Below are positions 48,152-59,074 of a DNA stretch of 64,000 nucleotides, piece after piece. The notes under the pieces were generated by a model that was not told where the DNA came from, ran no database searches, and was given only the letters and a program-made list of their open reading frames with translations. The position numbers were made by a program, and so were the translations under genes. The DNA is from Ignavibacteriota bacterium (lineage in GTDB: Bacteria; Bacteroidota; Ignavibacteria; UBA10030): the NCBI GenBank assembly GCA_003142475.1, contig PLMK01000025.1, positions 24,532 through 88,531 of the forward strand, in the 5' to 3' direction. Within the stretch, counting starts at the first letter, position 1. Each line of letters starts with the position of its first letter.

Positions 48152-51100
48152 CTACTGTACAAACTTTTCTGATTTTTCCAATTCCTCAAAATATTTTCGT
48201 ATAAGTTCTTGATAATCTTTGGAATATCCCTGTTCTATTGCTTTCAATAATTCTTCCTGCAATCGACTTTTTCCTTCCAGAGAATTTGGATCAATTTCGT
48301 TCGGACTGCGGCGTGTAATCTGTGTACCGGTTTCTGCTTTACGTTTTTTCTCGTAATCGCGCTCGTGCATGGATTTTGATGCATCGAGTAAACGAGAGAG
48401 AATGCGTTCTTGTTTTTTTATCGTTTCAGGATTCACATTATTCTGTTCGAGATTTCTTATAACCTCGTTCATCTCTTCCGCAATTTTCTGAAGATCGCCC
48501 AACATTTTTTTCTGTTCGCTGCTCTGTTGTGCCTCGCGGTTAAGTTCTTCCAGAGATTTACGAACAGCTCCTTGTTCCTTCGCCAGACGCGCCGCTTCTG
48601 CGGCTTGTTGTTGAGACATCCCGCCCATTTGTTGTGTCTGCATGTTAATAGACATCTGCTGACCCGCCATTCTTTGCAATTGCTGCATTAAACCTCCGGC
48701 GCCACCCCCTCCACCCTGCATCATTGCCTGCAATGCATTCTGCACTTGCATCGCTGCACGGTTGAGCGCTGCCATTGCTTGTTCTTGCTCTTGGGATGCT
48801 GTTGAACCGTTGCGCATATCCAAAGCATGCATTGCGTTATTCATCCGCGCCAATGCTTCACCAATCGCTTTTCCCATTTCCGGCGTTACCGCGAAGGATT
48901 TTTGCGACAGTTCACTTAATCCTTTGATAACATTGTTTAAATCCTGCGTTGCCTCCAATTGGTCTTGCGCATTCTGGCGAAGTTGTGGCGAATTCTGCGG
49001 TGCACTTTGCGATTGTTGTTTCAACGCTTCCTCATCTTTCGAAAGTTCCAGCATGTCATTGCTCGCTTTGCGCAGTTCATTCATCACATATTGCGATTGC
49101 TGCTGAAGCATCTCCTGCTGCATCTTTTCCATCTGCTTGCTGAATTGCTGTAACTGCTGACTGATCTGATTTTGCATTTGTTGTGCTGATTGCATGTTTC
49201 CTGTTTGCATTTGCTGGGATGCTTGCTGCATCTTCTGATCAAGCTGCTGTTTCTGCATCTGCTCCAACAGCTTCTGTAATTTATCCGCAGGCATTTCTGT
49301 AAAAAATTCTTCCATTCGCCGCTGGAGGTCGGCTGCTTCGCGCTCCATCGCTTGCTCTTTCTTCGCAAGATCAGCTTGCTTCTTCGGCAGCTCCTGCTGT
49401 TTTTGTGAATTATCTGATGACTTTGAGCTTACTTCCTGTAATTCTTCCTCTGACTTCTCTAACTCTTCTGCACGTTTCTTTACTTCATCTACTTTCTGTT
49501 CAATCTGAATGCGTTTGAGTAAATTCAGCGTTCGTTCAATGCTTTGTCGGAATTGTTCTTCCGAAAATGTCATATTCTGCATTGCTTGCTGCAGTTGTTC
49601 TTTGCTGATATTTGGCATTCGCTGCTGCATTTGTTTGAGCGCTTTTTGTAATTCGGTTGCATCGAGCTGCTGGAACAACTGCTGAAGCTCTAAATATTTT
49701 TCCATCGTTTCTTTGGAAAGCACGTTTTGCTGCTGCATTTGCTGCATCATTTGCTCAATACGCGAATGCACTTCATCCAATTTCTTCTGCACTTGCTGGT
49801 ACTGCTTTGCCATCTCTTCCATTTTCTTCTGTGTCTGCCAATCGGGATCTTTATTCTTTTTCAAATCGCGATTGATGGATTCGATGTCGTTCTTCAATTT
49901 CTTTGCATCTTCAAGCGACTGCTTCAAATCGTCTATCGAACGCTCATGTTCTTTATCGACATCTGTAAAAACTTCGTCCAATGATGGAAGGCGGAGAAGG
50001 TAGAGATTGCTCCGTCCGCTCTTTGGTCCTTTTACATTATCATTATCGAACACTTCCGCAAAATATTCAACGACATCTTCCGGCACAAGATTAAGATTTG
50101 TCAGATTCCACGTGAACGGCAATTCGATCTGTTCCACTGCATCAGCGGAAAACGGAATAGGAGTAAAGGTGAATTCAGTTCGCGTCTGTTCATAACGTGA
50201 TTTCATTAAGCGGTACCCAAGACGCATGCTGGAAAATCCAAAATCATCTTTTGCCTGTAAAAGAAGATTCAGCGATTGATCGCCGGCAATATCTATGTTG
50301 CGGCCCGGTTCGATTATAGCGATAGTGGGATATTCATCCGGCACGACTTTAATTTGATACTGAACCGGTTCACTATTTGACAATCCTTCTTCGTCAACTA
50401 TAGAAATATGATAAGAGTTGTCGGCAAGAATAGGAATCGACGCCGAGAATTTTTCTCCGCGTATTTCCAATGGAAGTCCAGTGTTGGTTTCAAATTGGAT
50501 AGATGCCTCCTTCAACGATTTGCTTGACGTGCCGGAAATCGTAATGCGCGTTCCTGTTAGCGCCATAACATCACCGACAAATTCATCCATTGTTTTTGGT
50601 GAAATTTTAGTGTACGCTGGATAATCGAGTCTTATATGGAACGACCGAATCGATGGTCTATCCTTCACTATCAATCTATAATGCTCGCTCTCAGCATCTG
50701 TAATTCGTGCAAAATACTCTGTTGATGCACGCAAAGTCTGAAATGCTGTATGGTATATGCCGCTTGAATCCGGCTTCACTTTGATTTCATCATAATTCTT
50801 CTGCCCTTCCTGCTGTCGATAAATCTTGATATCTGTTGGTCGCAGGGCGAATGCCGGAAGAAGAGAAATCACTTTGACTCGAATAGCAACATTTTCACCT
50901 TTAACAATTTCTTTATTACCTGGCGAAACTTCAAATAAATATTTGGGTGGAGGTGCGAACTCACGCGTAAAATGGATTAATCGATATGCTGCATCAGAGA
51001 AAGATGTCGGGAATAAGCATGCGATCAGAATTGAAATACCCGCACTTATCATCAGCCAACGGCGACAAAGAGGAAGACGAGACGTGTCCACCGATTGTGT

Positions 51101-51550
51101 GAAGTCAAGCGGTTGAATTTCTTCGGCAAAATCTTTTAGCGATTCATCGATCAACTCAGCCGAATAGACCGTGGAATCGGATGCGGCATTTTTCGCGAGC
51201 TGAAGTGCATTTATAAGCCGGTCGCGAATAGAAGGGAAAAATGCGCCGATGCGGCGCGCTGCCGTATCTTCCGTAATTGATGACAGCATACCGATGAGGC
51301 GAAGAACCGGACGACCTATAATCCAGCCGCTAACGCTGAGGAATAAGAATATAAAAGATACTGAAATAGCTGTCCGTCCAATGCGGGATAATTCAAACAG
51401 TATTTCTGTAACAATTAGAACTGTTGCCGTTACAATAACACCGATAAGGAAGATGAGAGTATTCGACGACAAATCAACACGGTTCTGTTTGTTTCGAACC
51501 AGCCTCAATCGATGTGACAACATTGTTAATATAGAAGAGGATCCTTGCAT
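48152..51550 (-). CDS. DUF4175-like large membrane-anchored protein with ~600-aa glutamine-rich coiled coil
   Basis: Two N-terminal TM helices, a beta-rich middle, then an extremely Q/E/K-rich coiled coil (MQQMQQQ.., QQMQNQISQQLQQ..). The C-terminal ...GYSKDYQELIRKYFEELEK matches the recalled DUF4175 terminus. Confidence 0.55.
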   Translation of the reverse strand: MQGSSSILTMLSHRLRLVRNKQNRVDLSSNTLIFLIGVIVTATVLIVTEILFELSRIGRTAISVSFIFLFLSVSGWIIGRPVLRLIGMLSSITEDTAARRIGAFFPSIRDRLINALQLAKNAASDSTVYSAELIDESLKDFAEEIQPLDFTQSVDTSRLPLCRRWLMISAGISILIACLFPTSFSDAAYRLIHFTREFAPPPKYLFEVSPGNKEIVKGENVAIRVKVISLLPAFALRPTDIKIYRQQEGQKNYDEIKVKPDSSGIYHTAFQTLRASTEYFARITDAESEHYRLIVKDRPSIRSFHIRLDYPAYTKISPKTMDEFVGDVMALTGTRITISGTSSKSLKEASIQFETNTGLPLEIRGEKFSASIPILADNSYHISIVDEEGLSNSEPVQYQIKVVPDEYPTIAIIEPGRNIDIAGDQSLNLLLQAKDDFGFSSMRLGYRLMKSRYEQTRTEFTFTPIPFSADAVEQIELPFTWNLTNLNLVPEDVVEYFAEVFDNDNVKGPKSGRSNLYLLRLPSLDEVFTDVDKEHERSIDDLKQSLEDAKKLKNDIESINRDLKKNKDPDWQTQKKMEEMAKQYQQVQKKLDEVHSRIEQMMQQMQQQNVLSKETMEKYLELQQLFQQLDATELQKALKQMQQRMPNISKEQLQQAMQNMTFSEEQFRQSIERTLNLLKRIQIEQKVDEVKKRAEELEKSEEELQEVSSKSSDNSQKQQELPKKQADLAKKEQAMEREAADLQRRMEEFFTEMPADKLQKLLEQMQKQQLDQKMQQASQQMQTGNMQSAQQMQNQISQQLQQFSKQMEKMQQEMLQQQSQYVMNELRKASNDMLELSKDEEALKQQSQSAPQNSPQLRQNAQDQLEATQDLNNVIKGLSELSQKSFAVTPEMGKAIGEALARMNNAMHALDMRNGSTASQEQEQAMAALNRAAMQVQNALQAMMQGGGGGAGGLMQQLQRMAGQQMSINMQTQQMGGMSQQQAAEAARLAKEQGAVRKSLEELNREAQQSSEQKKMLGDLQKIAEEMNEVIRNLEQNNVNPETIKKQERILSRLLDASKSMHERDYEKKRKAETGTQITRRSPNEIDPNSLEGKSRLQEELLKAIEQGYSKDYQELIRKYFEELEKSEKFVQ

Positions 51551-51616
51551 AATTTATTCATACAATCACAAAATCACTCAACCGCAAATATTAAATATTT
51601 CAATCTCCGATTGTGT

Positions 51617-52306
51617 TTAATGTGTCAGGACCCAGACAACAATATTTGTTCCAAACCGTAATGCTTCTTGTCGCACCGATTCAGGGTCGCCATGGATTTC
51701 CGGATCAGCCCAACCATCGCTGGGATTCGATTCGTACGTGTAATAAATAATCAGCCTGCCGTTATGGAACAATCCAAATCCTTGCGGTGGCTTACCGTTG
51801 TGCTCATGCGTCTTTGGTACACCATTCGGAAAGCTGAAATGGCAATTGTAAATGCCATAGCTGAATGGCAGCTCGACCAATTCTTTATCTGGAAACACAT
51901 TTTTCATTTCACGCCGAAAAGCTTTATCCATTCCATAATCATCATCAGCATAAAGAAATCCGCCTTGCATCAGATATGTACGTAGCCGCTGTACTTCATA
52001 GTCAGAGAATTTGATATTGCCATGCCCGGTGATAAACAGGAATGGATATGAAAATAGTTTATCGCTAGAAAGATCAACAAATTCGTATCGTGGATCACAA
52101 TCGATATTTGTGTTCTGCTGAACAAATTTCAAAAGATTTACTTCTTCCGACGGATCGTTGTACCAATCTCCACCACCACTGTATTTCAAGCGTGCAATCC
52201 GGAACTGGCTTTCAATGCGAGGTTGTGCCTCTGCAATGATGAATAAAGAGCAACCAGCAGCAATTAATGAACAACGAACAATAAACGACCAACAAACCAT
52301 CTTCAA
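51617..52306 (-). CDS. DUF4159-like secreted protein
   Basis: Signal peptide plus ...RLKYSGGGDWYNDP...FLFITGHG... Family recalled as the usual neighbour of DUF4175 near Bat/MoxR operons, which are absent here. Confidence 0.5.
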   Translation of the reverse strand: MKMVCWSFIVRCSLIAAGCSLFIIAEAQPRIESQFRIARLKYSGGGDWYNDPSEEVNLLKFVQQNTNIDCDPRYEFVDLSSDKLFSYPFLFITGHGNIKFSDYEVQRLRTYLMQGGFLYADDDYGMDKAFRREMKNVFPDKELVELPFSYGIYNCHFSFPNGVPKTHEHNGKPPQGFGLFHNGRLIIYYTYESNPSDGWADPEIHGDPESVRQEALRFGTNIVVWVLTH

Positions 52307-52826
52307 TCTCCAAAAGGTAAAATCATCTAATCTATCATTAGCGATAAATCAACAAGGTTATTATAATTAATGTAGAAAAAGAGTGTCCGAGAATCAAACA
52401 ACAGAAAGAGCGAACGAATTCCTTAATTAGAACTGTGCTAATCGAAACTCAATGTTGAATAATTCCCGCTGATATGAGACAACATGTCATAGATTTGAGA
52501 CAAAAACTTTCTTCTTGGGGATCTGAGTGAACCAAAACTATTAACGAAAGATCCTGTTGACTCATCAATCAACAAGACTTTCACTACTAATTGGTATCGC
52601 GAGTACAGGATGCACTTGATAGAAAGAATCAGCTCCTCCATTTATAGAAATTATTTTTGCTTTTCTGATTTTAGGAAATATAATATGAATATTTTTGAAA
52701 GAAGAGTTTATTGACAATTATCAACCGTTTTTGCAAATTTACCTATACAAAATTTGTAATATACATTACATACAAGAATAAAAGGAATAATTCCGTTTTT
52801 TAACATTTTTTAAAAGGAGGTATGAT

Positions 52827-53498
52827 ATGAAAAATAATGTAATTGCATTTATGGTTGTGCTATTGTCTATATCTATCGTGATGATGGGTTGTGGTACCAG
52901 TAATACGTTGCAGGGTGGTGCAATTGGTGCGGTCGGTGGGGGAGTTGTTGGAGCCGTTATAGGTAAGCTCGCCGGAAATACTGCTGCCGGCGCCATAATC
53001 GGTGCAGCAGTAGGCGGAACGACCGGAGCACTCATTGGTCATCACATGGATAAGCAAGCGGAAGAAATGAGAAATGATCTCTCGGGTGCAAAAGTTGAAC
53101 GTGTAGGTGAAGGAATCAAGATTACATTTAATTCAGGGATTCTTTTTAAATCAGGTTCGTATGAGCTACAAGCAGCAGCTAAAGAAAACATCGCGAGTCT
53201 TGCGAAAATTCTGAATAAATATCCTGATACGAATATTATTATTGAAGGTGACACTGACAGCGAAGGCTCAGAAGAATATAATCAACGTTTATCAGAGCGC
53301 CGTGCCCAAGCAGTTTCAGATTATACAAAAAGCCTTAATGTTGACGGAGCAAGAATAACTACAATAGGAAAAGGTGAATCAAACCCGGTTGCTTCAAATG
53401 AGACAGTCGATGGACGTGCGCAAAACCGACGTGTTGAAGTTGCTATATTCGCAAATGATAAAATGAAAAAAGCTGCCGAGAACGGAACGCTAAAATAA
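52827..53498 (+). CDS. OmpA-family protein with N-terminal glycine-zipper segment
   Basis: GAIGAVGGGVVGAVIG glycine zipper. OmpA_C motifs (TDSEGSEEYNQRLSERRAQAV, NRRVEV). Confidence 0.85.
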   Translation: MKNNVIAFMVVLLSISIVMMGCGTSNTLQGGAIGAVGGGVVGAVIGKLAGNTAAGAIIGAAVGGTTGALIGHHMDKQAEEMRNDLSGAKVERVGEGIKITFNSGILFKSGSYELQAAAKENIASLAKILNKYPDTNIIIEGDTDSEGSEEYNQRLSERRAQAVSDYTKSLNVDGARITTIGKGESNPVASNETVDGRAQNRRVEVAIFANDKMKKAAENGTLK

Positions 53499-53754
53499 TT
53501 ACTGAAAACAATTTCAAATAGTAGTCCAAACAACAAAGCACATTTGAATTTTTTCAGATGCGCTTTTCTTTGTAGTTGGAGACCGATAAACTACATGGGG
53601 ATCTCAATATCCCGTTTTAGCAATTCCTCAAAAAGAGTCCATTTTCCGATACTGGTACATTCCATTGCAAACAATATAACAATAAACTTTTCGTTGATGT
53701 GAGCATGGACTCTGGTTTTAATTCCTTTCATAATTTACTTTCCATCGGGAGAAT

Positions 53755-55122
53755 CTATTTCTCCGGTTTTATTTCTTTCAGGCACTGCCGGATAATATTT
53801 ATCCCTTCGTCTGCTTCCGACTTTGACAGGTTTAATGGCGGGCGGAAACGGATGGTGCGATCACCACATCCAATCAGCATCAGTCCTTTTTCCAGCGCTT
53901 TCTCTTTGAGGAGCTCGCGGTTCTGAGTCGCATCAAGATCCATTGCACAGAACAATCCAAGCCCACGAGTGTTGGATACAAGTTCAGGATATTCCGTCTC
54001 CAGCGCAAATAAATTCTCGTGCAATGAATTTCCAATCACACGAGCATTTTCCACTAACTGCTCTTCCTCTATTATTTCCAGAATTCTTGTCGCACGCACC
54101 ATATCGATTAAATTACCGCCGAAAGTAGAATTAAGGCGACTTGGTACGTGAAAGACATTATCGGGTACTTCATCAATGCGGGTGCTGCAGAGGAAGCCGC
54201 AGATGTGAGTCTTTTTCCCAAAGGTCATCATATCCGGTTTCACATAATATTCATGCGCCCACATTTTTCCGGTGATGCCCACGCCGACTTGTACCTCATC
54301 AAAGATAAGCATAATATAGTTTTCATCGCAGAGTGTGCGTAGCTCGGTAAAAAATTCTTTTCTGAAATAATTATCGCCTCCTTCGGCTTGAATCGGCTCA
54401 ATAATGAGTGCTGCGATATCATCGGGATTCTCTTTGATGGCTGTTTTGATCTGATCGATGGCCATCGTTTCTTCTTTCTTCACCTGCTCCAGCCGCGCTT
54501 CTGTCACTGGAAATGTGAGAATAGGATTGTGAATCCGCGGCCATTGAAATTTAGGGAAGTAATTGATTTTCACAGGATCCGTATTGGTGAGCGACAAGGT
54601 ATATCCGCTCCGCCCGTGAAATGCCCTCCTGAAGTGAATAACCTGTGTTCCGACTTCTCGCGTATAACCCTTTGCAAAATTTTTTCTCACTTTCCAATCA
54701 AAGGCAGCTTTCAGGGCGTTCTCATTAGCAAGCGCGCCGCCATCAATAAAGAATGCATAAGGAAAGTACGATGGCTGGGCAATGCAAGCAAATGTTTCGA
54801 CAAATTCCGCCATCTCAACTGTGTAGGCATCGGAATTGGACGGTTTATTTACTGCGGCACGACCGAGCTTTGCCAGGAAATCCGGTGTGGTCAACTTCGG
54901 GTGATTAAATCCAAGTGCACCGGAAGCAAAAAAGGTAAAAAAGTCGAGGAGGGATGTATTTGTCAGTGAATCGTAAATGTACGATCCGTGACTTTTTTGA
55001 AGATCTACTACAAGATCGAATCCATCGGCCAATATGTGCCGATTCAGCACTTCGTATACTTTAGAAGGAAGGATTCTTACGGGATTCTTCGTCGTCGGTT
55101 TCGCATTCTTTGTCTCGAACAT
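53755..55122 (-). CDS. lat: L-lysine 6-aminotransferase (lysine epsilon-aminotransferase)
   Basis: NKPSNSDAYTVEMAEFVETF, FHGRSGYTLSLTNTDP and FPKFQWPRI are nearly identical to the mycobacterial LAT (Rv3290c) as recalled. PLP-dependent class III fold. Confidence 0.85.
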   Translation of the reverse strand: MFETKNAKPTTKNPVRILPSKVYEVLNRHILADGFDLVVDLQKSHGSYIYDSLTNTSLLDFFTFFASGALGFNHPKLTTPDFLAKLGRAAVNKPSNSDAYTVEMAEFVETFACIAQPSYFPYAFFIDGGALANENALKAAFDWKVRKNFAKGYTREVGTQVIHFRRAFHGRSGYTLSLTNTDPVKINYFPKFQWPRIHNPILTFPVTEARLEQVKKEETMAIDQIKTAIKENPDDIAALIIEPIQAEGGDNYFRKEFFTELRTLCDENYIMLIFDEVQVGVGITGKMWAHEYYVKPDMMTFGKKTHICGFLCSTRIDEVPDNVFHVPSRLNSTFGGNLIDMVRATRILEIIEEEQLVENARVIGNSLHENLFALETEYPELVSNTRGLGLFCAMDLDATQNRELLKEKALEKGLMLIGCGDRTIRFRPPLNLSKSEADEGINIIRQCLKEIKPEK

Positions 55123-55254
55123 GATGTACCTCGAAATTCTGATTGTGAATGGATTCAGTGATACGCTGTCTTTGATGCGTGCACTGTTCCATTCAGAAGA
55201 ATTCCTGGTGTTCGTACAACGAAACGATATGTGGACGACCCTGCATAGTTTTAT

Positions 55255-56742
55255 TTAATAATTGTCGATCTGAGCTCGTTGAAGCTTGCCGCTGTAATCG
55301 ACATAAACAGCTTTCCACTCTGTGAAGAAATCGTAGACAGCCCAGCCACCTTCACGGTGGCCGTTTCCTGTTTGCTTCACACCACCGAACGGCAAATGCG
55401 CTTCTGCGCCAATCGTTGGTACATTAATATAAGTGATTCCAGCCTTAATGTCACGTATGGCCACAAACGCTTTGTTGACATCGCGTGTATAAATAGACGA
55501 AGATAAACCATATATCGTACCATTTATAATATTTATTGCTTCTTCCAGCGATGCCATGCGGATGACGGAGAGCACCGGGCCAAAGATTTCTTCCTGTGCA
55601 ATACGCATATTCGGTTTTACGTTATCAAAGATAGTCGGTTCATGGAACCAACCTTTCGCCAAATCACCTTGGACGGCAATGTTCCCGCCGTACACAAGTC
55701 GGGCCCATTCCTTTTTCCCAATCTCGATATAGGATTGGACAACATTCCGTTGAGCTTCGTTGATACACGGTCCGACATCGGTTGTCGGAAGAAGCCCGTC
55801 TCCAAGACGAAGCTTCTTTGTCCGATCAACAAGCATCGCCATAAAGGCATCGTATATTTTATCATGAAGAATTAGTCGGCTGGTTGCAGTGCAGCGTTGA
55901 CCAGTGGTGCCAAACGCACCCCACAATACTCCGTCGAGTGCGAGATCAAGATCGGCATCGTCCATGACGATTTGAGCATTCTTCCCACCAAGTTCAAGTG
56001 ATACACGTTTGAGCGTAGCACTTGCTTGGCGCGAAATCTGTTTGCCGACGTCAGTAGAACCGGTGAATAAAATCAAATCCACATCCGGATGTACGACGAT
56101 GGCATTGCCTACTTCTCCTCCGCCACCATGAACGAGATTCACCACTCCTTCCGGAATTCCCGCTTCCATCATGATTCGGATGAGTGTTGTTGCTGTCTTC
56201 GGTGTGTCGCTTGCGGGTTTGAAAACAACAGTATTTCCTGAAAGCACTGCAGGAAATATTCCCCATGTCGGAATAGCCATTGGGAAATTCCACGGTGTAA
56301 TAATTGCTGCCACACCCACCGGAACACGAATTGCCATCGCAAATTTATTCGGTAATTCAGAAGGTACCGTATGGCCGAATAATCGACGGCCTTCGGTCGC
56401 GGCATAATACGCAGTATCGATGCCTTCCTGCACATCGCCGCGGGTTTCTTCAAGCACTTTGCCCATCTCGCGTGTCATTTCGTGTGCAAGTTCTTCTTTG
56501 TTCTTCACAAGGAGGTCGCCGATCTTTCGCATAATATCACCGCGAGCAGGCGCAGGAACGAGCCGCCATTTTTCATAGGCACTGCGTGCCGCTTTTACTG
56601 CTTCGTCAACATCTTCCTTTGCAGACTTCGGAAATACACCTATAACCTCATCCCAATGTGCAGGATTGCGGTTTTCAAAAGTTCGCCCTGACTTTGCATC
56701 AACCCATTTGCCATTAATAAAGTTTTGAAATTTATCCGGCAT
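55255..56742 (-). CDS. NAD(P)-dependent aldehyde dehydrogenase, probable piperideine-6-carboxylate / 2-aminoadipate-semialdehyde dehydrogenase by context
   Basis: ALDH motifs (ELGGKNA, catalytic Cys in GQRCTA). Lies immediately downstream of lat in the same orientation. Substrate specificity is not determinable from sequence by eye. Confidence 0.7.
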   Translation of the reverse strand: MPDKFQNFINGKWVDAKSGRTFENRNPAHWDEVIGVFPKSAKEDVDEAVKAARSAYEKWRLVPAPARGDIMRKIGDLLVKNKEELAHEMTREMGKVLEETRGDVQEGIDTAYYAATEGRRLFGHTVPSELPNKFAMAIRVPVGVAAIITPWNFPMAIPTWGIFPAVLSGNTVVFKPASDTPKTATTLIRIMMEAGIPEGVVNLVHGGGGEVGNAIVVHPDVDLILFTGSTDVGKQISRQASATLKRVSLELGGKNAQIVMDDADLDLALDGVLWGAFGTTGQRCTATSRLILHDKIYDAFMAMLVDRTKKLRLGDGLLPTTDVGPCINEAQRNVVQSYIEIGKKEWARLVYGGNIAVQGDLAKGWFHEPTIFDNVKPNMRIAQEEIFGPVLSVIRMASLEEAINIINGTIYGLSSSIYTRDVNKAFVAIRDIKAGITYINVPTIGAEAHLPFGGVKQTGNGHREGGWAVYDFFTEWKAVYVDYSGKLQRAQIDNY

Positions 56743-57024
56743 GACACGCCTCCATTTTATTGGATACCTTCATGCGCAAAATATAATCAATATGTTTTAA
56801 GCTTCCAAATTGAGTGAAAAATTGTGATGGAACTCTCCAAAAATGTTGTATTTTAGACGGTGAGGGCTTGCGGGTGTCAGCTCTTGTCCTTATTTTCGAA
56901 ATGAACATAAATCACCATTACGATGTTTCAGATACCAAATCGATCTTCATTCTTCACTAGTATAATCATAGCAGGGAAAAAACACAGCGCGTACCTCATT
57001 TAATGAAAGGGAAAAGGATTTTGC

Positions 57025-58143
57025 ATGCCAAAATATAAGATTGCATGGCTGCCGGGCGACGGCATCGGTATCGAAGTACTCGAGGCAGCAAGAATTGTGT
57101 TAGATACAATTCAACTTAACGCGGAATATATTCATGGTGATATCGGTTGGGATTTTTGGTGTTCAGAGGGAGACGCATTTCCGCAGCGGACAATAACTTT
57201 ATTGAAGAGCGTCGATGCTGCAATGTTCGGTGCGATCACATCAAAACCAATGAAAGCCGCCCAAGCTGAACTCAATCCGAAGTTCCAAGACAAGGGACTT
57301 ATCTACCGCTCTCCTATCGTTCGTATGCGGCAGCAATTCGACCTGTATAATTGTCTTCGTCCATGCAAAGCATATCCTGGCAATCCCTTGAACTTCAAAG
57401 AGGGGATCGATCTCGTCGTCTTTCGGGAGAACACAGAAGATTTGTATTCCGGTGTTGAATTCAATCCTGTTCCGCAAGAGCTTGCCGATCTGTTAACAAC
57501 GATATCGAAACCATTTGCACCGTTTGCAAAACTTCCCATTGACCAGTATGCAATATCATGTAAGATTAACACAAAAGCGGGAAGCGAACGGATTGTTCGT
57601 GCTGCATTCGAGTTTGCCAGAAAATTCAAACGAAAGAAAGTCACCATTGTCCACAAAGCAAACGTCGTGCGTGCAACAGATGGTTTGTTCTTTGATGCTG
57701 CAAAAGAAGTTGCTGTGCACTACCCGGAAATCAAGATGGATGATGCCAATATCGATGCGATGACGATGTGGCTGCTGAAGAATCCGTTCAATTACGATGT
57801 GCTTGTCGCTCCGAATTTGTATGGCGACATTATTTCTGATCTCTGTGCGCAGATGGTCGGCGGACTCGGATTTGGCTGTTCAGGAAACATCGGAACGAAA
57901 CTGGCAGTGTTCGAGCCGACACACGGCTCTGCACCAAAGTATGCCGGTCAATATAAGGTTAATCCCATTGCGACTATCCTTGCAGCGAAAATGATGCTCG
58001 ACTGGCTTGGCGAAACAGAAAAAGGTGCAAAGCTTGAGAATGCTGTCGCCGCTGTTATCAAAGAAGGTAACGTACGCACGTATGATATGGGCGGCAATAG
58101 CAAAACACTCGATATGGCAAACGCAATTGCGGAAAAGCTGTAA
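57025..58143 (+). CDS. isopropylmalate/isocitrate/tartrate dehydrogenase-family beta-decarboxylating dehydrogenase (LeuB-like)
   Basis: [15 protein letters not shown]-terminus and a C-terminal ...YDMGGNSKT... motif shared by LeuB/HICDH/TDH/IDH. Subfamily not resolvable by eye. Confidence 0.8.
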   Translation: MPKYKIAWLPGDGIGIEVLEAARIVLDTIQLNAEYIHGDIGWDFWCSEGDAFPQRTITLLKSVDAAMFGAITSKPMKAAQAELNPKFQDKGLIYRSPIVRMRQQFDLYNCLRPCKAYPGNPLNFKEGIDLVVFRENTEDLYSGVEFNPVPQELADLLTTISKPFAPFAKLPIDQYAISCKINTKAGSERIVRAAFEFARKFKRKKVTIVHKANVVRATDGLFFDAAKEVAVHYPEIKMDDANIDAMTMWLLKNPFNYDVLVAPNLYGDIISDLCAQMVGGLGFGCSGNIGTKLAVFEPTHGSAPKYAGQYKVNPIATILAAKMMLDWLGETEKGAKLENAVAAVIKEGNVRTYDMGGNSKTLDMANAIAEKL

Positions 58144-58150
58144 AAATACT

Positions 58151-59056
58151 ATGAAGCCAATCATCATTCATGAAGTTGGGTTGCGAGACGGTTTGCAAAT
58201 GGAAAAGCAAATTGTTCCGACGGTGCAAAAAATAAAGTGGGCGGAAGAATTCCTGACAACCAGAATTGATATTCTTCAACTTGGCTCTTTTGTTCATCCC
58301 ACGAAAGTTCCACAGATGGCGGACACTGATGTTTTGTTCGAACATTTTAACCAGCCGGAACATAAACCAAACAATGTCATTCTCTCCGGACTTATTCTCA
58401 ACGAAAAAGGATTAGAACGCGGCGAGGTATGCGGCGTCGGGATGTATTGCATGGGCGTCTCGGCTAGTAATACCCACAGTCGGAAAAATACGGGAATGTC
58501 GACAATCGAAGCGACAGACCGAATCATTGCAACAGCGAAGCAAGCAATTGCTGCAGGCAAGCGTGTTCAGCTTTCGGTGCAATCGGCTTTTGGGTGTGGA
58601 TTTGAGGGGAAAGTTCCACAGGAACGGGTGATCGGTATCGTAGAAAAATATCTTCAAGCTGGTTTCAAAAACATTAGTCTGGCAGATACAGCAGGTCATG
58701 CGTATCCGGAACAAGTGATGCGAATGTTTGAAACAGTCTTCCAAATTGATTCCTCCATTGAATGTACGTGCCATTTCCATAATACGTATGGTCTTGGTCT
58801 CGCTAATTGTTATGCGGCAATGCGGGTTGGTGTACAATGTTTCGAATCGTCCATTGCGGGACTTGGCGGTTGTCCATTTACAAAAGTGGCTGTGGGGAAT
58901 GTTTGCACAGAAGATCTTGTGCATTCGCTGCAGCGTTCTGAGATAAGGAAAGATATTAAACTCTCGAACCTTATTGTTCTAGCAAAAGAATTTGCCGGAT
59001 ACTTCAACCGTGAAATGCCGGGATTGGTGTACAAATCCGGACCAATACAATATTGA
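58151..59056 (+). CDS. HMG-CoA-lyase-family (DRE-TIM) acyl-CoA lyase
   Basis: RDGLQ substrate motif, HxH metal site (CHFHNTYGLG) and the catalytic-Cys motif SIAGLGGCPF. Trimmed to MKPIIIHEVG (ATG 58151), 8 nt after the upstream stop. Confidence 0.8.
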   Translation: MKPIIIHEVGLRDGLQMEKQIVPTVQKIKWAEEFLTTRIDILQLGSFVHPTKVPQMADTDVLFEHFNQPEHKPNNVILSGLILNEKGLERGEVCGVGMYCMGVSASNTHSRKNTGMSTIEATDRIIATAKQAIAAGKRVQLSVQSAFGCGFEGKVPQERVIGIVEKYLQAGFKNISLADTAGHAYPEQVMRMFETVFQIDSSIECTCHFHNTYGLGLANCYAAMRVGVQCFESSIAGLGGCPFTKVAVGNVCTEDLVHSLQRSEIRKDIKLSNLIVLAKEFAGYFNREMPGLVYKSGPIQY

Positions 59057-59074
59057 TGTAATGATTGAGGTTCT

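Noticed and set aside
48410-50195. Cluster of antisense ORFs (48410..48691, 48762..49106, 48959..49153, 49713..50003, 49727..49984, 50007..50195) opposite the DUF4175-like gene
   Set aside because: They are artefacts of the Q/E/K-rich low-complexity coiled-coil coding region (CAG/CAA/GAA repeats), and their translated products are Cys/Leu/His-rich junk.
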